Below, piece by piece: positions 26,652-36,611 of a stretch of 64,000 nt of DNA. Within the stretch, counting starts at the first letter, position 1; the number at the start of each line of letters is the position of its first letter. A program made the position numbers and the translations under genes. The notes below the pieces were generated by a model. That model ran no database searches. It was not told the origin of the DNA and saw only the letters and a program-made list of their open reading frames with translations. Origin of the DNA: Candidatus Omnitrophota bacterium (GTDB lineage: Bacteria > Omnitrophota > Gorgyraeia > Gygaellales > Profunditerraquicolaceae); NCBI GenBank assembly GCA_026387335.1, contig JAPLLX010000001.1, positions 234,620 through 298,619 of the forward strand, written 5' to 3'.

Positions 26652-27572
26652 ATGGCCAAGAAATTCATAATCAGTATAGATTTAGGCGGAACCAACCTGA
26701 AAGTTGCCCTCCTGGATTTGAATTGCCAGATCAAGGATAAAGAAGTTTTAAGCACGCGCTCATTCCTGGAGAAGGATGATCTTATTTTGGGGATAGTTCA
26801 TTCCGTAAACAGGTTTATAAAATATAATAATTTAAATAAGGCCCAGATCCTGGGAGTCGGCTTAGGGCTTCCCGGCCCCATAGACGCCAAAAACGGGATC
26901 GTCCATTTTTTCCCCAATATCCCGGGATGGAAAGAGGTGAAGCTGCGGGATATTTTAAGGAAAAACCTGGGCCTGTCGGTCTTTATAGACAATGACGCTA
27001 AACTTATGTCTCTAGCCGAATTTAAAATGGGAGCGGCTAAAGGCTTTAATAATATTTTATGTATGACCTTAGGCACAGGTATCGGAGGCGGGCTGATTAT
27101 TAATAGCCGGCTTTACCGGGGTTTTAATAATGCCGCGGGAGAAATAGGCCACTTGCCTATTAATGAAAATGGCCCGGATTGCAACTGCGGCAGCTCAGGG
27201 TGCCTGGAGGCTTACGTAGGAAACAATAGGATTATCGCTGAAGCAAAAAAGGCGTTTAAGCGCGATATTTCTCTGGAAGAATTAAGCCGGCTGGCTGATA
27301 AACATAACCGCATAGCAATGGATGTTTGGAATAAGGCTGGCAGGCACCTGGGGTTTGCTTTGGCCGGAGTAGTCAATCTGCTTAATCTTGACGCCATAGT
27401 AATAGGCGGAGGCGTGGCCAAGGCCGGAAACGTCTTGTTCGATAGTATAATTAAAACACTTAAAAACCAGGCGATGAGCGTGCAGGCTAAACGCGTAAAA
27501 ATATTAAAGGCAAAATTAGGTAATGAAGCCGGTTTAATCGGCGGCGCGATAATGGTAAAAGAAGGTTTATAG
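26652..27572 (+). CDS. ROK-family sugar kinase (glucokinase-like).
   Basis: ISIDLGGTNLKVALLD. ROK zinc motif CNCGSSGCLEAY. Confidence 0.85.
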   Translation: MAKKFIISIDLGGTNLKVALLDLNCQIKDKEVLSTRSFLEKDDLILGIVHSVNRFIKYNNLNKAQILGVGLGLPGPIDAKNGIVHFFPNIPGWKEVKLRDILRKNLGLSVFIDNDAKLMSLAEFKMGAAKGFNNILCMTLGTGIGGGLIINSRLYRGFNNAAGEIGHLPINENGPDCNCGSSGCLEAYVGNNRIIAEAKKAFKRDISLEELSRLADKHNRIAMDVWNKAGRHLGFALAGVVNLLNLDAIVIGGGVAKAGNVLFDSIIKTLKNQAMSVQAKRVKILKAKLGNEAGLIGGAIMVKEGL

Positions 27573-27596
27573 ATTTTTTAAAGAGGAGATATTGGA

Positions 27597-28241
27597 GTGA
27601 AGATATTTATTGATACCGCCAACATTAGAGAGATAAAAGAAGCGGTAAGCCTCGGGCTAATAGACGGCGTAACTACCAATCCCACATTAATAGCAAAAGA
27701 AAACAAACCTCTGCGGGAGATATTAATAGAGATCTGTTCGCTAGTCTCGGGGCCCATAAGCGCAGAAGTGATTAGCTTGGATGTCGAGGGTATGGTGAAA
27801 GAGGCGCGCGTACTCGCGCAGATCGCCAAAAATATTGTGGTTAAGCTACCCTTGATTAAAGATGGGATAAAAGCGGTCAGGATTTTAGCATTAGAAGCTA
27901 TCAAGACGAATGTTACGCTTTGCTTTTCGGCTAACCAGGCGCTGCTGGTGGCCAAGGCGGGAGCGGATTATGTCTCTCCGTTTATCGGCAGGTTAGACGA
28001 TATTGGGCAATCCGGTATGGATTTGATACGTAATATTAAGACGATCTATAATAATTATGGATTTAAAACTCAGATTATCGTTGCTTCCGTGCGTAACCCC
28101 GTGCATGTGCTGGATGCGGCACTGGCAGGGGCGGACATAGCCACAATTCCGTTTGGGGTAATTGAGCAGTTAATAAAACATCCCCTTACCGATATTGGAA
28201 TACAAAAATTCCTGGAAGACTATAAAAAGATACCTAAATAA
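27597..28241 (+). CDS. tal: Transaldolase, short form / fructose-6-phosphate aldolase family.
   Basis: [10 protein letters not shown] ... GVTTNPTL. About 215 aa. Schiff-base Lys region VVKLP. Confidence 0.88.
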   Translation: MKIFIDTANIREIKEAVSLGLIDGVTTNPTLIAKENKPLREILIEICSLVSGPISAEVISLDVEGMVKEARVLAQIAKNIVVKLPLIKDGIKAVRILALEAIKTNVTLCFSANQALLVAKAGADYVSPFIGRLDDIGQSGMDLIRNIKTIYNNYGFKTQIIVASVRNPVHVLDAALAGADIATIPFGVIEQLIKHPLTDIGIQKFLEDYKKIPK

Positions 28242-30533
28242 ATGTCCAAGAAATCATTTCTCTCCTGCGTTCCTATAGTCTTATTTTGCGTTTCTGTAGC
28301 TTACGCCGAGAATATCCTGAATACCGGATCAAAATCCCAACCGATTACCATTAACGGCGATGTGGTAGAATATTCTGCCGATTCCCAAGAGGTGACTGCA
28401 ACGGGCAACGTGGAGATCATTTCAGGCGATACCAAGTTAACCTGCAGAAAATTGACCGTGAATACCCAGACCAAAGAAGGCACAGCTTCAGGGAAGGCAC
28501 GGCTTGAAGATAGTAAGGGGATCATCGAGGGCGAGAAGCTGATTTATAATTTTCAGACCAAGACCGGGACAGTTGTTGACGCGCAATTCCGGGCAAGTCC
28601 TTATTTTGGAAAAGCCAGAAATATTGATAAGGAGAGCGAAAAAGAATTTGTAGCGCATTATGGTTACGCCACTACCTGCAGTTTTAACCGTCCGCATTAC
28701 CGGATCAGCTCAAAACAGATTAATATTAGGCCGAAAGAATTGATCCAGACCAAAGACGACTACCTGTATTTGGGCCCGGTTCCTATAATGTACCTGGCCG
28801 CTTTTAACCAGATGTTTGATGAGCCGATGATGCATGTAAGCGTGCTTCCCGGAAAGCGTAAAGACTGGGGGCCTTATTTACTGAGTGTATCCAGGTTTAA
28901 CCTGACTAATAATGTTGAGGGCAGGGCATATCTGGATTACCGTGATAAATTAGGCTGGGCTGAGGGGTTTGGATTAAATTATGTTAAGACGGCGGTGGGA
29001 AGCGGGGATTTTAAGTTTTATTATACTGATGAAAGCACCAAGAGTTATTCCAATTCTTCCACGGTTTCCCGTTCTGCCTACCAGAGGTATTTTATGCGCC
29101 TGCGCCATAAATGGGATATTGATAAGCAGACTAACTTGGTTGCCGAAGTCTATAAAATCACCGACCAGAAAAGAAAACTTTATGATCCTGCCGCTAATAT
29201 ACTGAAGGATTATTTCTACCGGGAATTCGAAAAGGATGAGCAGCCCTTAAGCTACGCCTTGTTCCACCATAGTTTTACCTACTCCAGCTTTGATCTATTG
29301 CTGCAAAAGCGGACTAATAACTGGTTTGACCAGCTGGATAAAATGCCCCTAGCAACATTTACGCTTCCCAGTATTCAAGTGGGAAATTCCCCGTTTTATT
29401 TTGAAAACAATTCTACTTTTGGCACTTTTAACAAAAAATACAGTATGTATCCTAGGACTGCTGATGACTTGACTGTAACCAGGCTGGATACCACCAATAA
29501 GATTTCTATTCCTATGAGGGTAGCTTTTTTTAGGATCAGTCCTTTTGTTCAGGTGCGCGAGACTGTGTATGATAAAGGCGTAAACGGCAGCTCTACTTTG
29601 CCTGCCAGGAGCACCTTTTATTCCGGCGCGGAAGTGAGCACTAAGTTTTATCGTTTATTTGATGTTAAAACTAATGCCTTGGGCCTGGATTTAAACGGCC
29701 TAAGGCATGTCATTACTCCCAGCATAAGTTATTCCTATAATCCTGAACCAACCACTTCCAGCAATAAGTTACCTCAGATTGATGGCGTAGATATGCTTAC
29801 TTCCAGCAATGCCGCCGCCTTAGAATTATCCAATAAATTACAGACCAAGCGTAAGGATAAAGACGGAAAGGAAGTAAGCGTTGATTTTGTAGATTTTAAG
29901 ATCAATACCACTTACGCCTTCGCTCCGCGCATTGCTTACGGGACTACTCCTATTGTTTTATATAATAATACGGTTGTGGATACTCTTGATCCCGATAAGA
30001 AAAACAAATTGGGCGCGGGTTTTTCGGATTTTCTTTTTAGATGTAAAATACTACCTTATGCCTGGATGAGGATAGAGGCAGACGCTACTTACAAACATTC
30101 AGGCGTCTCCAGCGATACGGATCATTACAACTATAATCATTTTTCTACCGTTAATTACGATATTAATTTTGATTTTGCTCCCGAGCGTTCATTTGGATTA
30201 GGCCAACGCTACCAGAGGAAAGGCCAGAGCCAGATAACCGCCAGTTTTCAATGGCGGCTTAATCCAAAATGGAAAATTTCCATGTACGAAAGGTTTAATT
30301 TGAAGGATTATCTGGATACATCTATTTCTCCGAATGTCTGGGTGGGTAAGACTTCGTTGGAACAGCAATTTACGCTCACCAGGAACCTGCATTGCTGGGA
30401 TGTGGATTTTACTCTGGATACCCGCAAGAACAGCGGCACTACCATATATGTAATGTTCAGGTTAAAGGCATTCCCTGAAAACGAATTTGGCTTTAACCAG
30501 AGTTATAATGAGCCTAAATCAGGAGCTCAGTAA
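28242..30533 (+). CDS. lptD: LPS-assembly protein LptD (OstA family).
   Basis: Signal peptide. OstA-N beta-jellyroll region (ITINGDVVEYSADSQEVTATGNVEI). Large aromatic-rich beta-barrel. Confidence 0.8.
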   Translation: MSKKSFLSCVPIVLFCVSVAYAENILNTGSKSQPITINGDVVEYSADSQEVTATGNVEIISGDTKLTCRKLTVNTQTKEGTASGKARLEDSKGIIEGEKLIYNFQTKTGTVVDAQFRASPYFGKARNIDKESEKEFVAHYGYATTCSFNRPHYRISSKQINIRPKELIQTKDDYLYLGPVPIMYLAAFNQMFDEPMMHVSVLPGKRKDWGPYLLSVSRFNLTNNVEGRAYLDYRDKLGWAEGFGLNYVKTAVGSGDFKFYYTDESTKSYSNSSTVSRSAYQRYFMRLRHKWDIDKQTNLVAEVYKITDQKRKLYDPAANILKDYFYREFEKDEQPLSYALFHHSFTYSSFDLLLQKRTNNWFDQLDKMPLATFTLPSIQVGNSPFYFENNSTFGTFNKKYSMYPRTADDLTVTRLDTTNKISIPMRVAFFRISPFVQVRETVYDKGVNGSSTLPARSTFYSGAEVSTKFYRLFDVKTNALGLDLNGLRHVITPSISYSYNPEPTTSSNKLPQIDGVDMLTSSNAAALELSNKLQTKRKDKDGKEVSVDFVDFKINTTYAFAPRIAYGTTPIVLYNNTVVDTLDPDKKNKLGAGFSDFLFRCKILPYAWMRIEADATYKHSGVSSDTDHYNYNHFSTVNYDINFDFAPERSFGLGQRYQRKGQSQITASFQWRLNPKWKISMYERFNLKDYLDTSISPNVWVGKTSLEQQFTLTRNLHCWDVDFTLDTRKNSGTTIYVMFRLKAFPENEFGFNQSYNEPKSGAQ

Positions 30534-31873
30534 TGAATATCGCGATAATCGGATCGGGTTATGTGGGTTTAACTACCGGAGCTTGTTTTTCCGAGCTGGG
30601 TAATAAGGTTTTTTGCGTAGATAATGATCTTAAAAAGATTAAAGGCCTTAAAAATGGCCTGATCCCTATATATGAGCCGGGATTAGAGGAGTTAATAACT
30701 CGCAACGTCCGTAAGAAACGCTTGATTTTTACCTCAAGTATTAAAGATGCGGTGCGCTCCTGCAAGGTAATCTTTATTACAGTAGGTACTCCTGTTTTGG
30801 ATAATGGAGAGGCAAACCTCAGCTACATAGAAAATGTGGCGGCGAGCATAGCCGTAAATTTACCTGCGTCTACCTGTCCAACAGGCAAGCACCAGGCAGG
30901 AATGAACGGCTACAGGCTTATTGTGGAGAAATCCACTGTTCCGGTAGAAACAGGAGAATGGGTAAAGCATATTATCTTGGCTAATGTTAAGGGCAAGGTT
31001 AGGTTTGATGTAGCTTCCAACCCGGAATTCTTAAGGGAAGGACAGGCGATAAATGATTTTATGAATCCGAACAGGATAGTTATCGGAGTAGAGTCAAAAA
31101 TAGCCAGAGATTTATTGAGCGAGTTATACAAGCCTTTTAACGCGCCTTTAGTAATTACAAATATTAAATCAGCAGAGCTGATCAAACACGCCTCCAACGC
31201 TTTCTTAGCCACTAAAATTTCATTTATTAACGCTATATCCCGGATCTGCGATAAGGTAGGCGCGGATGTTGAAGAAGTGGCTAAAGGTATGGGCCTGGAT
31301 AAAAGGATAGGTTTAAGCTTTCTTAAAGCCGGAATCGGCTATGGCGGCTCTTGTTTTCCTAAGGATTTGGATGCCTTTGTGGCTATTTCCGATAAGCTGG
31401 GCTATGATTTTAAATTGCTTAAATCAGTAAAAAAAGTAAACATAGAGCAGCTGGATTTTGTCTTCCAAAAGATAAAAGATTCATTGTCATTGATTAAAGG
31501 TAAAACTATCGGAGTCCTGGGTCTGGCCTTTAAGCCTAATACTGATGATATCCGTAACTCCGCGGCAATAGGATTGATTAAAATGTTGCAGAAAGAGGGG
31601 GCAAAAATTAAAGCCTATGACCCTCAGGCTATAGAGAAGTCTAAACAAGTATTAGCCGGAGTTACTTTTTGCCCGGACGCTTATGCAGCCTGTCTTGCGT
31701 CAGATTGCCTGTTAATCGCGACCGAGTGGGATGAGTTTAAAGAATTGGATTTTAGCCGGATCAAGGAATTACTTAAGAGGCCGTTGATTATTGACGGACG
31801 CAATCTGTATGAAGCTAAGGCTATGAGTAAGCTGGGATTTTCTTATATCAGCATCGGCCGCAAGAATATATGA
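30533..31873 (+). CDS. ugd: UDP-glucose 6-dehydrogenase.
   Basis: IAIIGSGYVGL Rossmann motif. Catalytic GGSCFPKD. UDP-binding C-terminal domain. Confidence 0.88.
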   Translation: MNIAIIGSGYVGLTTGACFSELGNKVFCVDNDLKKIKGLKNGLIPIYEPGLEELITRNVRKKRLIFTSSIKDAVRSCKVIFITVGTPVLDNGEANLSYIENVAASIAVNLPASTCPTGKHQAGMNGYRLIVEKSTVPVETGEWVKHIILANVKGKVRFDVASNPEFLREGQAINDFMNPNRIVIGVESKIARDLLSELYKPFNAPLVITNIKSAELIKHASNAFLATKISFINAISRICDKVGADVEEVAKGMGLDKRIGLSFLKAGIGYGGSCFPKDLDAFVAISDKLGYDFKLLKSVKKVNIEQLDFVFQKIKDSLSLIKGKTIGVLGLAFKPNTDDIRNSAAIGLIKMLQKEGAKIKAYDPQAIEKSKQVLAGVTFCPDAYAACLASDCLLIATEWDEFKELDFSRIKELLKRPLIIDGRNLYEAKAMSKLGFSYISIGRKNI

Positions 31874-33150
31874 TAAATAAGAATAAATTTAAAATCGCGG
31901 TTGTAGGTTTAGGTTATGTCGGTTTCCCCTTAGCTGTCGCATTTGCCAAAAAAGGCATTCCGGTAACGGGTATTGAGATAGACCAGGATAGGCTCAAACA
32001 TATCAAAAATAAAGTTTCGTATATCAGCGATGTATCCAGCCGGGAATTGAAAAGCCTGTTATTAAAGAGAAAATTCAGGGCAACCTCGGATTTTTCCGTT
32101 TTAAAGGATTGTAATGCGGTGTTGGTCTGTGTTCCTACGCCGTTAAGAGGGAAATACCTTCCGGATATATCCTTTATAAAAAAATCGTTTGATTCGATAG
32201 CTAAACATATAAGAAGAGGGACGCTGGTAGTTTTAGAGAGCACGACCTATCCCGGTACTACCGAAGAAGAGATACTCCCGATTTTTAAAAAGCATAACTT
32301 AAAACATGGCCGGGATTTTTATCTCTGTTTTTCGCCGGAGAGGATCGACCCGGGGAACACAAAGTTTCCGGTCAATAAAATACCTAAAGTCGTCGGCGGC
32401 ATAAATAAAAAAGCCACTGCATTGGCCGTCGCCCTTTATAGCACTGTTATTAATAAGGTTGTGCCGGTTTCTAGCGCCCGCGCCGCGGAAACAGTAAAAT
32501 TGCTGGAGAATACCTTCCGCCTGATTAATATTGGTCTTATCGATGAGTTGGCGATGATGGCGCATAAAATGAAAATTGATATCTGGGAGGTGATTAGCGC
32601 GGCCTCGACCAAGCCGTTTGGTTTTATGCCTTTTTATCCCGGCCCCGGAGTAGGCGGGCACTGTATCCCAAAAGACCCTCTGTATCTGTATTGGAAAGCC
32701 AAAAGTTTTGGATTTAAATCGCGTTTTATTAAGCTCGCTTCTGACGTTATCAGCTATATGCCGGAATACGTGGCTGTTAGGATTGAAGAGGTACTTTCGG
32801 AAAGAGGATTAAGGATAAGCGGAGCAAAGATCCTGGTCGTCGGGGTGACCTACAAAAAGGATGTTAAGGATTTACGTAAATCTCCCAGTATTGATTTGAT
32901 CAGGAGTCTGAAAAAAAGACGCGCCCAGGTGCATTATTTTGATCCGTTTATCCCGTATCTTAAAATTAAGGAGCTAGACCTAAAATCTATTATTTTAAAG
33001 AAGAAAGACTTGGGGGATTTTGATTGTGTGGTCATAGCTACAGACCATTCCAATATAGACTATAGATATTTATTAGATCATTCCCAACTGATTTTTGACA
33101 GCCGTAATGTTTATAAGCGGATCAAGGATATGAAGGTGGTTAAGTTATGA
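31870..33150 (+). CDS. Nucleotide-sugar dehydrogenase (UDP-N-acetyl-D-mannosamine/glucosamine dehydrogenase, WecC/Cap5O/TviB-like).
   Basis: IAVVGLGYVGFPLAVAFA. GGHCIPKDP. Three-domain UDPG_MGDP_dh architecture. Confidence 0.8.
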   Translation: MINKNKFKIAVVGLGYVGFPLAVAFAKKGIPVTGIEIDQDRLKHIKNKVSYISDVSSRELKSLLLKRKFRATSDFSVLKDCNAVLVCVPTPLRGKYLPDISFIKKSFDSIAKHIRRGTLVVLESTTYPGTTEEEILPIFKKHNLKHGRDFYLCFSPERIDPGNTKFPVNKIPKVVGGINKKATALAVALYSTVINKVVPVSSARAAETVKLLENTFRLINIGLIDELAMMAHKMKIDIWEVISAASTKPFGFMPFYPGPGVGGHCIPKDPLYLYWKAKSFGFKSRFIKLASDVISYMPEYVAVRIEEVLSERGLRISGAKILVVGVTYKKDVKDLRKSPSIDLIRSLKKRRAQVHYFDPFIPYLKIKELDLKSIILKKKDLGDFDCVVIATDHSNIDYRYLLDHSQLIFDSRNVYKRIKDMKVVKL

Positions 33151-34082
33151 AAAGGTTTCTGGTTACCGGAGGAGCGGGCTTTATAGGTTCCCACATAGCC
33201 CAGAGGCTGGTAAAGATGGGCCACTATGTGCGCGTCCTGGATGATTTTTCCAGCGGTAAAATAAGCAACTTAGAAGACTTTATTGATGAAATTGAATTGA
33301 TTAAGGGGGATATTTGTTCTAAAACCGCCTGTGTTAAAGCTACCCGGGGGATGGATTTTGTTTTGCACCAAGCTGCTTTGAGAAGCGTGCCTAAATCTAT
33401 GCGCTGGCCGCATAGCTATAATGAAGTCAATATTAACGGAACGCTGAATATGTTAGAGGCTGCAACCTTAAATAAGGTAAAGCGTTTTGTCTTTGCCTCA
33501 TCCAGCTCGGTGTACGGAGAGGTCAAGGATTTTCCGGAAAAGGAAACGTTTATCCCCCAGCCGATTTCTCCTTACGCTTTGAGTAAATTAGCGGGTGAGC
33601 ATTACTGCAATATTTTTAGCCAGCATTATAAATTACCTACTGTTGCGCTGCGCTATTTTAATGTTTTTGGTCCCCGGCAGCCTTCGGATGATGAGTATGC
33701 CGTGGTTATTCCTAAGTTCATTAACTGTTTGTTAAAAAACGAGCATCCGCCGATTTACGGCACAGGAAGGCAATCGCGCGATTTTACTTTTGTCAGCAAT
33801 GTAGTGGACGCTAACCTAAAGGCTAGCGGAAACAGATCTTTAAAATCCGGGGTATTTAACATTGCCTCGGGAAAAGATTACTCGGTATTAAGTTTGGTCA
33901 GTAGCTTAAATAAGATCTTAGGAAAAAACATAAAACCGGTTTTCTTAAAGAAGCGGCCGGGTGATGTTTTTAGGACATCCGCGGATCTATCCCGAGCTAG
34001 CAAGGTTTTAGGGTTTAAGCCAAAAATTGATTTCTCCCGGGGATTAATCTTAACCGTAGGCTACTGGAGAGATAATGCCTGA
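33147..34082 (+). CDS. NAD-dependent nucleotide-sugar epimerase (UDP-GlcA/UDP-GlcNAc 4-epimerase-like SDR).
   Basis: [10 protein letters not shown]. YxxxK (YALSK). Extended SDR fold. Confidence 0.8.
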   Translation: MKRFLVTGGAGFIGSHIAQRLVKMGHYVRVLDDFSSGKISNLEDFIDEIELIKGDICSKTACVKATRGMDFVLHQAALRSVPKSMRWPHSYNEVNINGTLNMLEAATLNKVKRFVFASSSSVYGEVKDFPEKETFIPQPISPYALSKLAGEHYCNIFSQHYKLPTVALRYFNVFGPRQPSDDEYAVVIPKFINCLLKNEHPPIYGTGRQSRDFTFVSNVVDANLKASGNRSLKSGVFNIASGKDYSVLSLVSSLNKILGKNIKPVFLKKRPGDVFRTSADLSRASKVLGFKPKIDFSRGLILTVGYWRDNA

Positions 34083-35001
34083 AAAGAGAGTAGTGATAAC
34101 CGGAGGCGCCGGGTTCATTGGTTCGCATCTGTCGTCAAGGTTAGTTACTTTAGGCTACCGGGTAGTTTGTATCGATAACCTGATCACCGGAAGCTTAAAT
34201 AATGTTAGAGGTTTATTAAAAAACAAAAAATTTGTATTCATGAAGCAGGATGTCTGTAATTATATTGATCTAGCCGGTAAGGTGGATTATGTCTTGCATT
34301 GCGCTTCATTAGCCTCACCCGAAGATTACCTGCATTTTCCGATTAAAACACTCAAAGTAGGCTCTTTGGGCACCCATAATGCCTTGGGTTTAGCCAAGGA
34401 GAAGAAGGCCGTCTTTATGTTATTTTCCACATCCGAAGTGTATGGCGACCCGTTGGTCCATCCGCAGAAAGAAAGCTACTGGGGAAATGTGAATCCCGTC
34501 GGAATCCGGGGCTGTTACGATGAATCCAAGCGTTTTGCGGAAGCCCTGACCATGGCTTATCATCGGGCGCATAAGTTAGATGTAAAGATCGCCAGGATCT
34601 TTAATACGTATGGACCAAAGATGCGGCCGCACGATGGAAGGGTCGTACCTAATTTTATCAGCCAGGCTTTAAATAATAAGCCTTTAACTGTTTATGGCAC
34701 AGGTAAACAGACACGCAGTTTTTGTTATATCAGCGATTTAGTTGAAGGTTTATACCGTTTAATGAAATCAGCGGTAAATGCGCCGGTTAATTTAGGCAAT
34801 CCCGCTGAATTTACGGTAATGCAGCTGGCTAAGATGGTATTAGAGTTGACTAATTCCAAGAGTAAGATTGTTTTTAAGCCCTTACCTGAAGATGATCCTC
34901 GCCAGCGTCAGCCGGATATCTCAAGGGCCAAAAAGCTATTAAAATGGTTGCCTAAAGTTCCGCTGGAAGAAGGCCTCAAGAAAACTATCTCCTCTTTTTA
35001 A
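34075..35001 (+). CDS. uxs: UDP-glucuronate decarboxylase (UDP-xylose synthase).
   Basis: [21 protein letters not shown] catalytic Tyr/Lys. Length and blocks typical of UXS/ArnA-decarboxylase type. Confidence 0.8.
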   Translation: MPEKRVVITGGAGFIGSHLSSRLVTLGYRVVCIDNLITGSLNNVRGLLKNKKFVFMKQDVCNYIDLAGKVDYVLHCASLASPEDYLHFPIKTLKVGSLGTHNALGLAKEKKAVFMLFSTSEVYGDPLVHPQKESYWGNVNPVGIRGCYDESKRFAEALTMAYHRAHKLDVKIARIFNTYGPKMRPHDGRVVPNFISQALNNKPLTVYGTGKQTRSFCYISDLVEGLYRLMKSAVNAPVNLGNPAEFTVMQLAKMVLELTNSKSKIVFKPLPEDDPRQRQPDISRAKKLLKWLPKVPLEEGLKKTISSF

Positions 35002-35015
35002 AGCTTCGCAGGAAT

Positions 35016-35038
35016 CTCCGCGGCACATTGCCGCGGAG
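35016..35038 (+). terminator. GC-rich hairpin after uxs.
   Basis: CTCCGCGGCA-CAT-TGCCGCGGAG, a perfect 10-bp stem. No T-run follows. Confidence 0.5.
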
Positions 35039-35040
35039 TC

Positions 35041-35072
35041 AAATTAACGTTTCATTAATGAAACGTTAATTT
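35041..35072. promoter_or_regulatory. 32-bp perfect palindrome, candidate operator.
   Basis: AAATTAACGTTTCATTAATGAAACGTTAATTT is its own reverse complement. It lies 14 nt upstream of a -35 hexamer. Confidence 0.6.
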
Positions 35073-35085
35073 GAAAGCGCTTTCC

Positions 35086-35115
35086 TTGACAATCAGAGTG
35101 TTTATATGTTATACT
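35086..35115 (+). promoter_or_regulatory. Sigma70-type promoter (TTGACA-17-TTATAC/TATACT).
   Basis: -35 at 35086-35091 and -10 at 35109-35115, upstream of the CDS starting at 35157. Confidence 0.5.
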
Positions 35116-35156
35116 TTAATACTTTTAGCTCACCATAAAAAGAAAGGCCTAACCCT

Positions 35157-35741
35157 ATGTTGCTAAATATCTTAAAACAAATCAACTGGCTGGACATTTT
35201 TGTTTTAGTGCTCATGGCTAGAATTTGTTACATTGCGGTTAAAAGCGGATTTCCCGTAGAGTTGTTTAAATTTGTAGGTACGCTTAGCGCTCTCTACCTA
35301 GCCCTGCATTATTATACAGTTTTGTCGGGCTATATAATCAACCAGGTCTCTTTTTTAGACAAATTACCTGGGGAGTTCCTGCAATTTATTGTTTTTTTGG
35401 CTTTAGTAACCGGCGGGTATTCTTTGTTTATATTGTTACGCAGTATTTTCTACAGGTTCCTGAAGATGGAGGCGGTTTCTACCCTGAATAAATGGGGAAG
35501 CCTGATTCTGGGAATAGCTAGAGGAGTGCTTTTAGCCAGCCTGATTATGTTTATGTTTACTGTGTCCAGCGTAGGATATTTTAAGAACAGCGTAAGGGCC
35601 TCTTATTTAAGTTCGCGCCTGTTTTCGGTTGCTCCGGATACTTACTCTTGGATATGGAATAGTATTACTTCCAAGTTTGCCTTATCCGAGAAATATAACC
35701 CAACAGTTACTCTAACCACTGAGGAGTTCTTCAAGAAATGA
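35157..35741 (+). CDS. cvpA: CvpA-family membrane protein.
   Basis: N-terminal NWLDIFVLVLMARICYIAVKSGF. Four predicted TM helices. Size of about 190 aa. Confidence 0.6.
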   Translation: MLLNILKQINWLDIFVLVLMARICYIAVKSGFPVELFKFVGTLSALYLALHYYTVLSGYIINQVSFLDKLPGEFLQFIVFLALVTGGYSLFILLRSIFYRFLKMEAVSTLNKWGSLILGIARGVLLASLIMFMFTVSSVGYFKNSVRASYLSSRLFSVAPDTYSWIWNSITSKFALSEKYNPTVTLTTEEFFKK

Positions 35742-36610
35742 AACTATCCCGTTTTTACGACCTGGTGATTAAACTGGGTGCCGAGCGCGACCCAAGAAAA
35801 AATAAATCCGCGATAAAATCGTATCCTGATACAGCTATACTTTACGGAGACCTTAAAACCAGGGTGAGAAAGATCCTGGTCGGCGTAGATATGGAGGTTG
35901 GAGAGCTGCTTTTAGCCGACAAGATCCGCCAGAAGAGCGGCCTGGATCTAGTTGTGGCGCACCACCCGGAAGGAAGGGCTTACGCGCTTTTACATGAGGT
36001 GATGCAGTTACAGGTGGATTTATTAAAACAAGCGGGGATCTCGGGAATAGTAGCCCAAAAACTGCTGGAGGAAAGAAAAAACGAAGTAGAGAGAAGGATC
36101 CTCCCTCAGAATCACAATCGTTGCGTGGACGCCGCGCGTATATTAAAGATGCCTTTTATGTGTATGCATACGCCCGCGGATAATCACGTTAATTATTTTT
36201 TAAAGAAGCTGTTGGAGGCGAAAAAGCCGAAATTAGTCCGGGATATTATTGATATTTTGCTTGGGATACCGGAGTATCAGGAAGCAAAAAAGAATATGAG
36301 CGGCCCGCGGATTATCTTGGGTTCGTTAAATAAACCGGTGGGAAAGATCTTCCTAGAGATGACCGGAGGCACCGAAGGTTCAAAAGATGTTTTTGCTAAA
36401 CTTTATAAAACCGGGGTGAGGACGCTTATCTCTATGCATTTAAGCGATGAACATCTCAAGAAGGTCAAGGAAGCCAACCTGAATGTAGTTATCGCCGGGC
36501 ATATAGCTAGCGACAGCCTAGGTTTAAACCTTCTTTTAGACAGGATTGAAAAAGAAGAAAAACTGGAAGTTACCGGATGTTCGGGTTTTAAGAGGATAAA
36601 AAGAAACTAA
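35738..36610 (+). CDS. Nif3-like (YqfO/YbgI family) dinuclear-metal-centre protein, putative.
   Basis: KILVGVDMEVGELLLADKIRQ ... DLVVAHHPEG resembles the Nif3 block (ILVALD ... ADLIITHHP). Confidence 0.45.
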   Translation: MKLSRFYDLVIKLGAERDPRKNKSAIKSYPDTAILYGDLKTRVRKILVGVDMEVGELLLADKIRQKSGLDLVVAHHPEGRAYALLHEVMQLQVDLLKQAGISGIVAQKLLEERKNEVERRILPQNHNRCVDAARILKMPFMCMHTPADNHVNYFLKKLLEAKKPKLVRDIIDILLGIPEYQEAKKNMSGPRIILGSLNKPVGKIFLEMTGGTEGSKDVFAKLYKTGVRTLISMHLSDEHLKKVKEANLNVVIAGHIASDSLGLNLLLDRIEKEEKLEVTGCSGFKRIKRN

Positions 36611-36611
36611 T

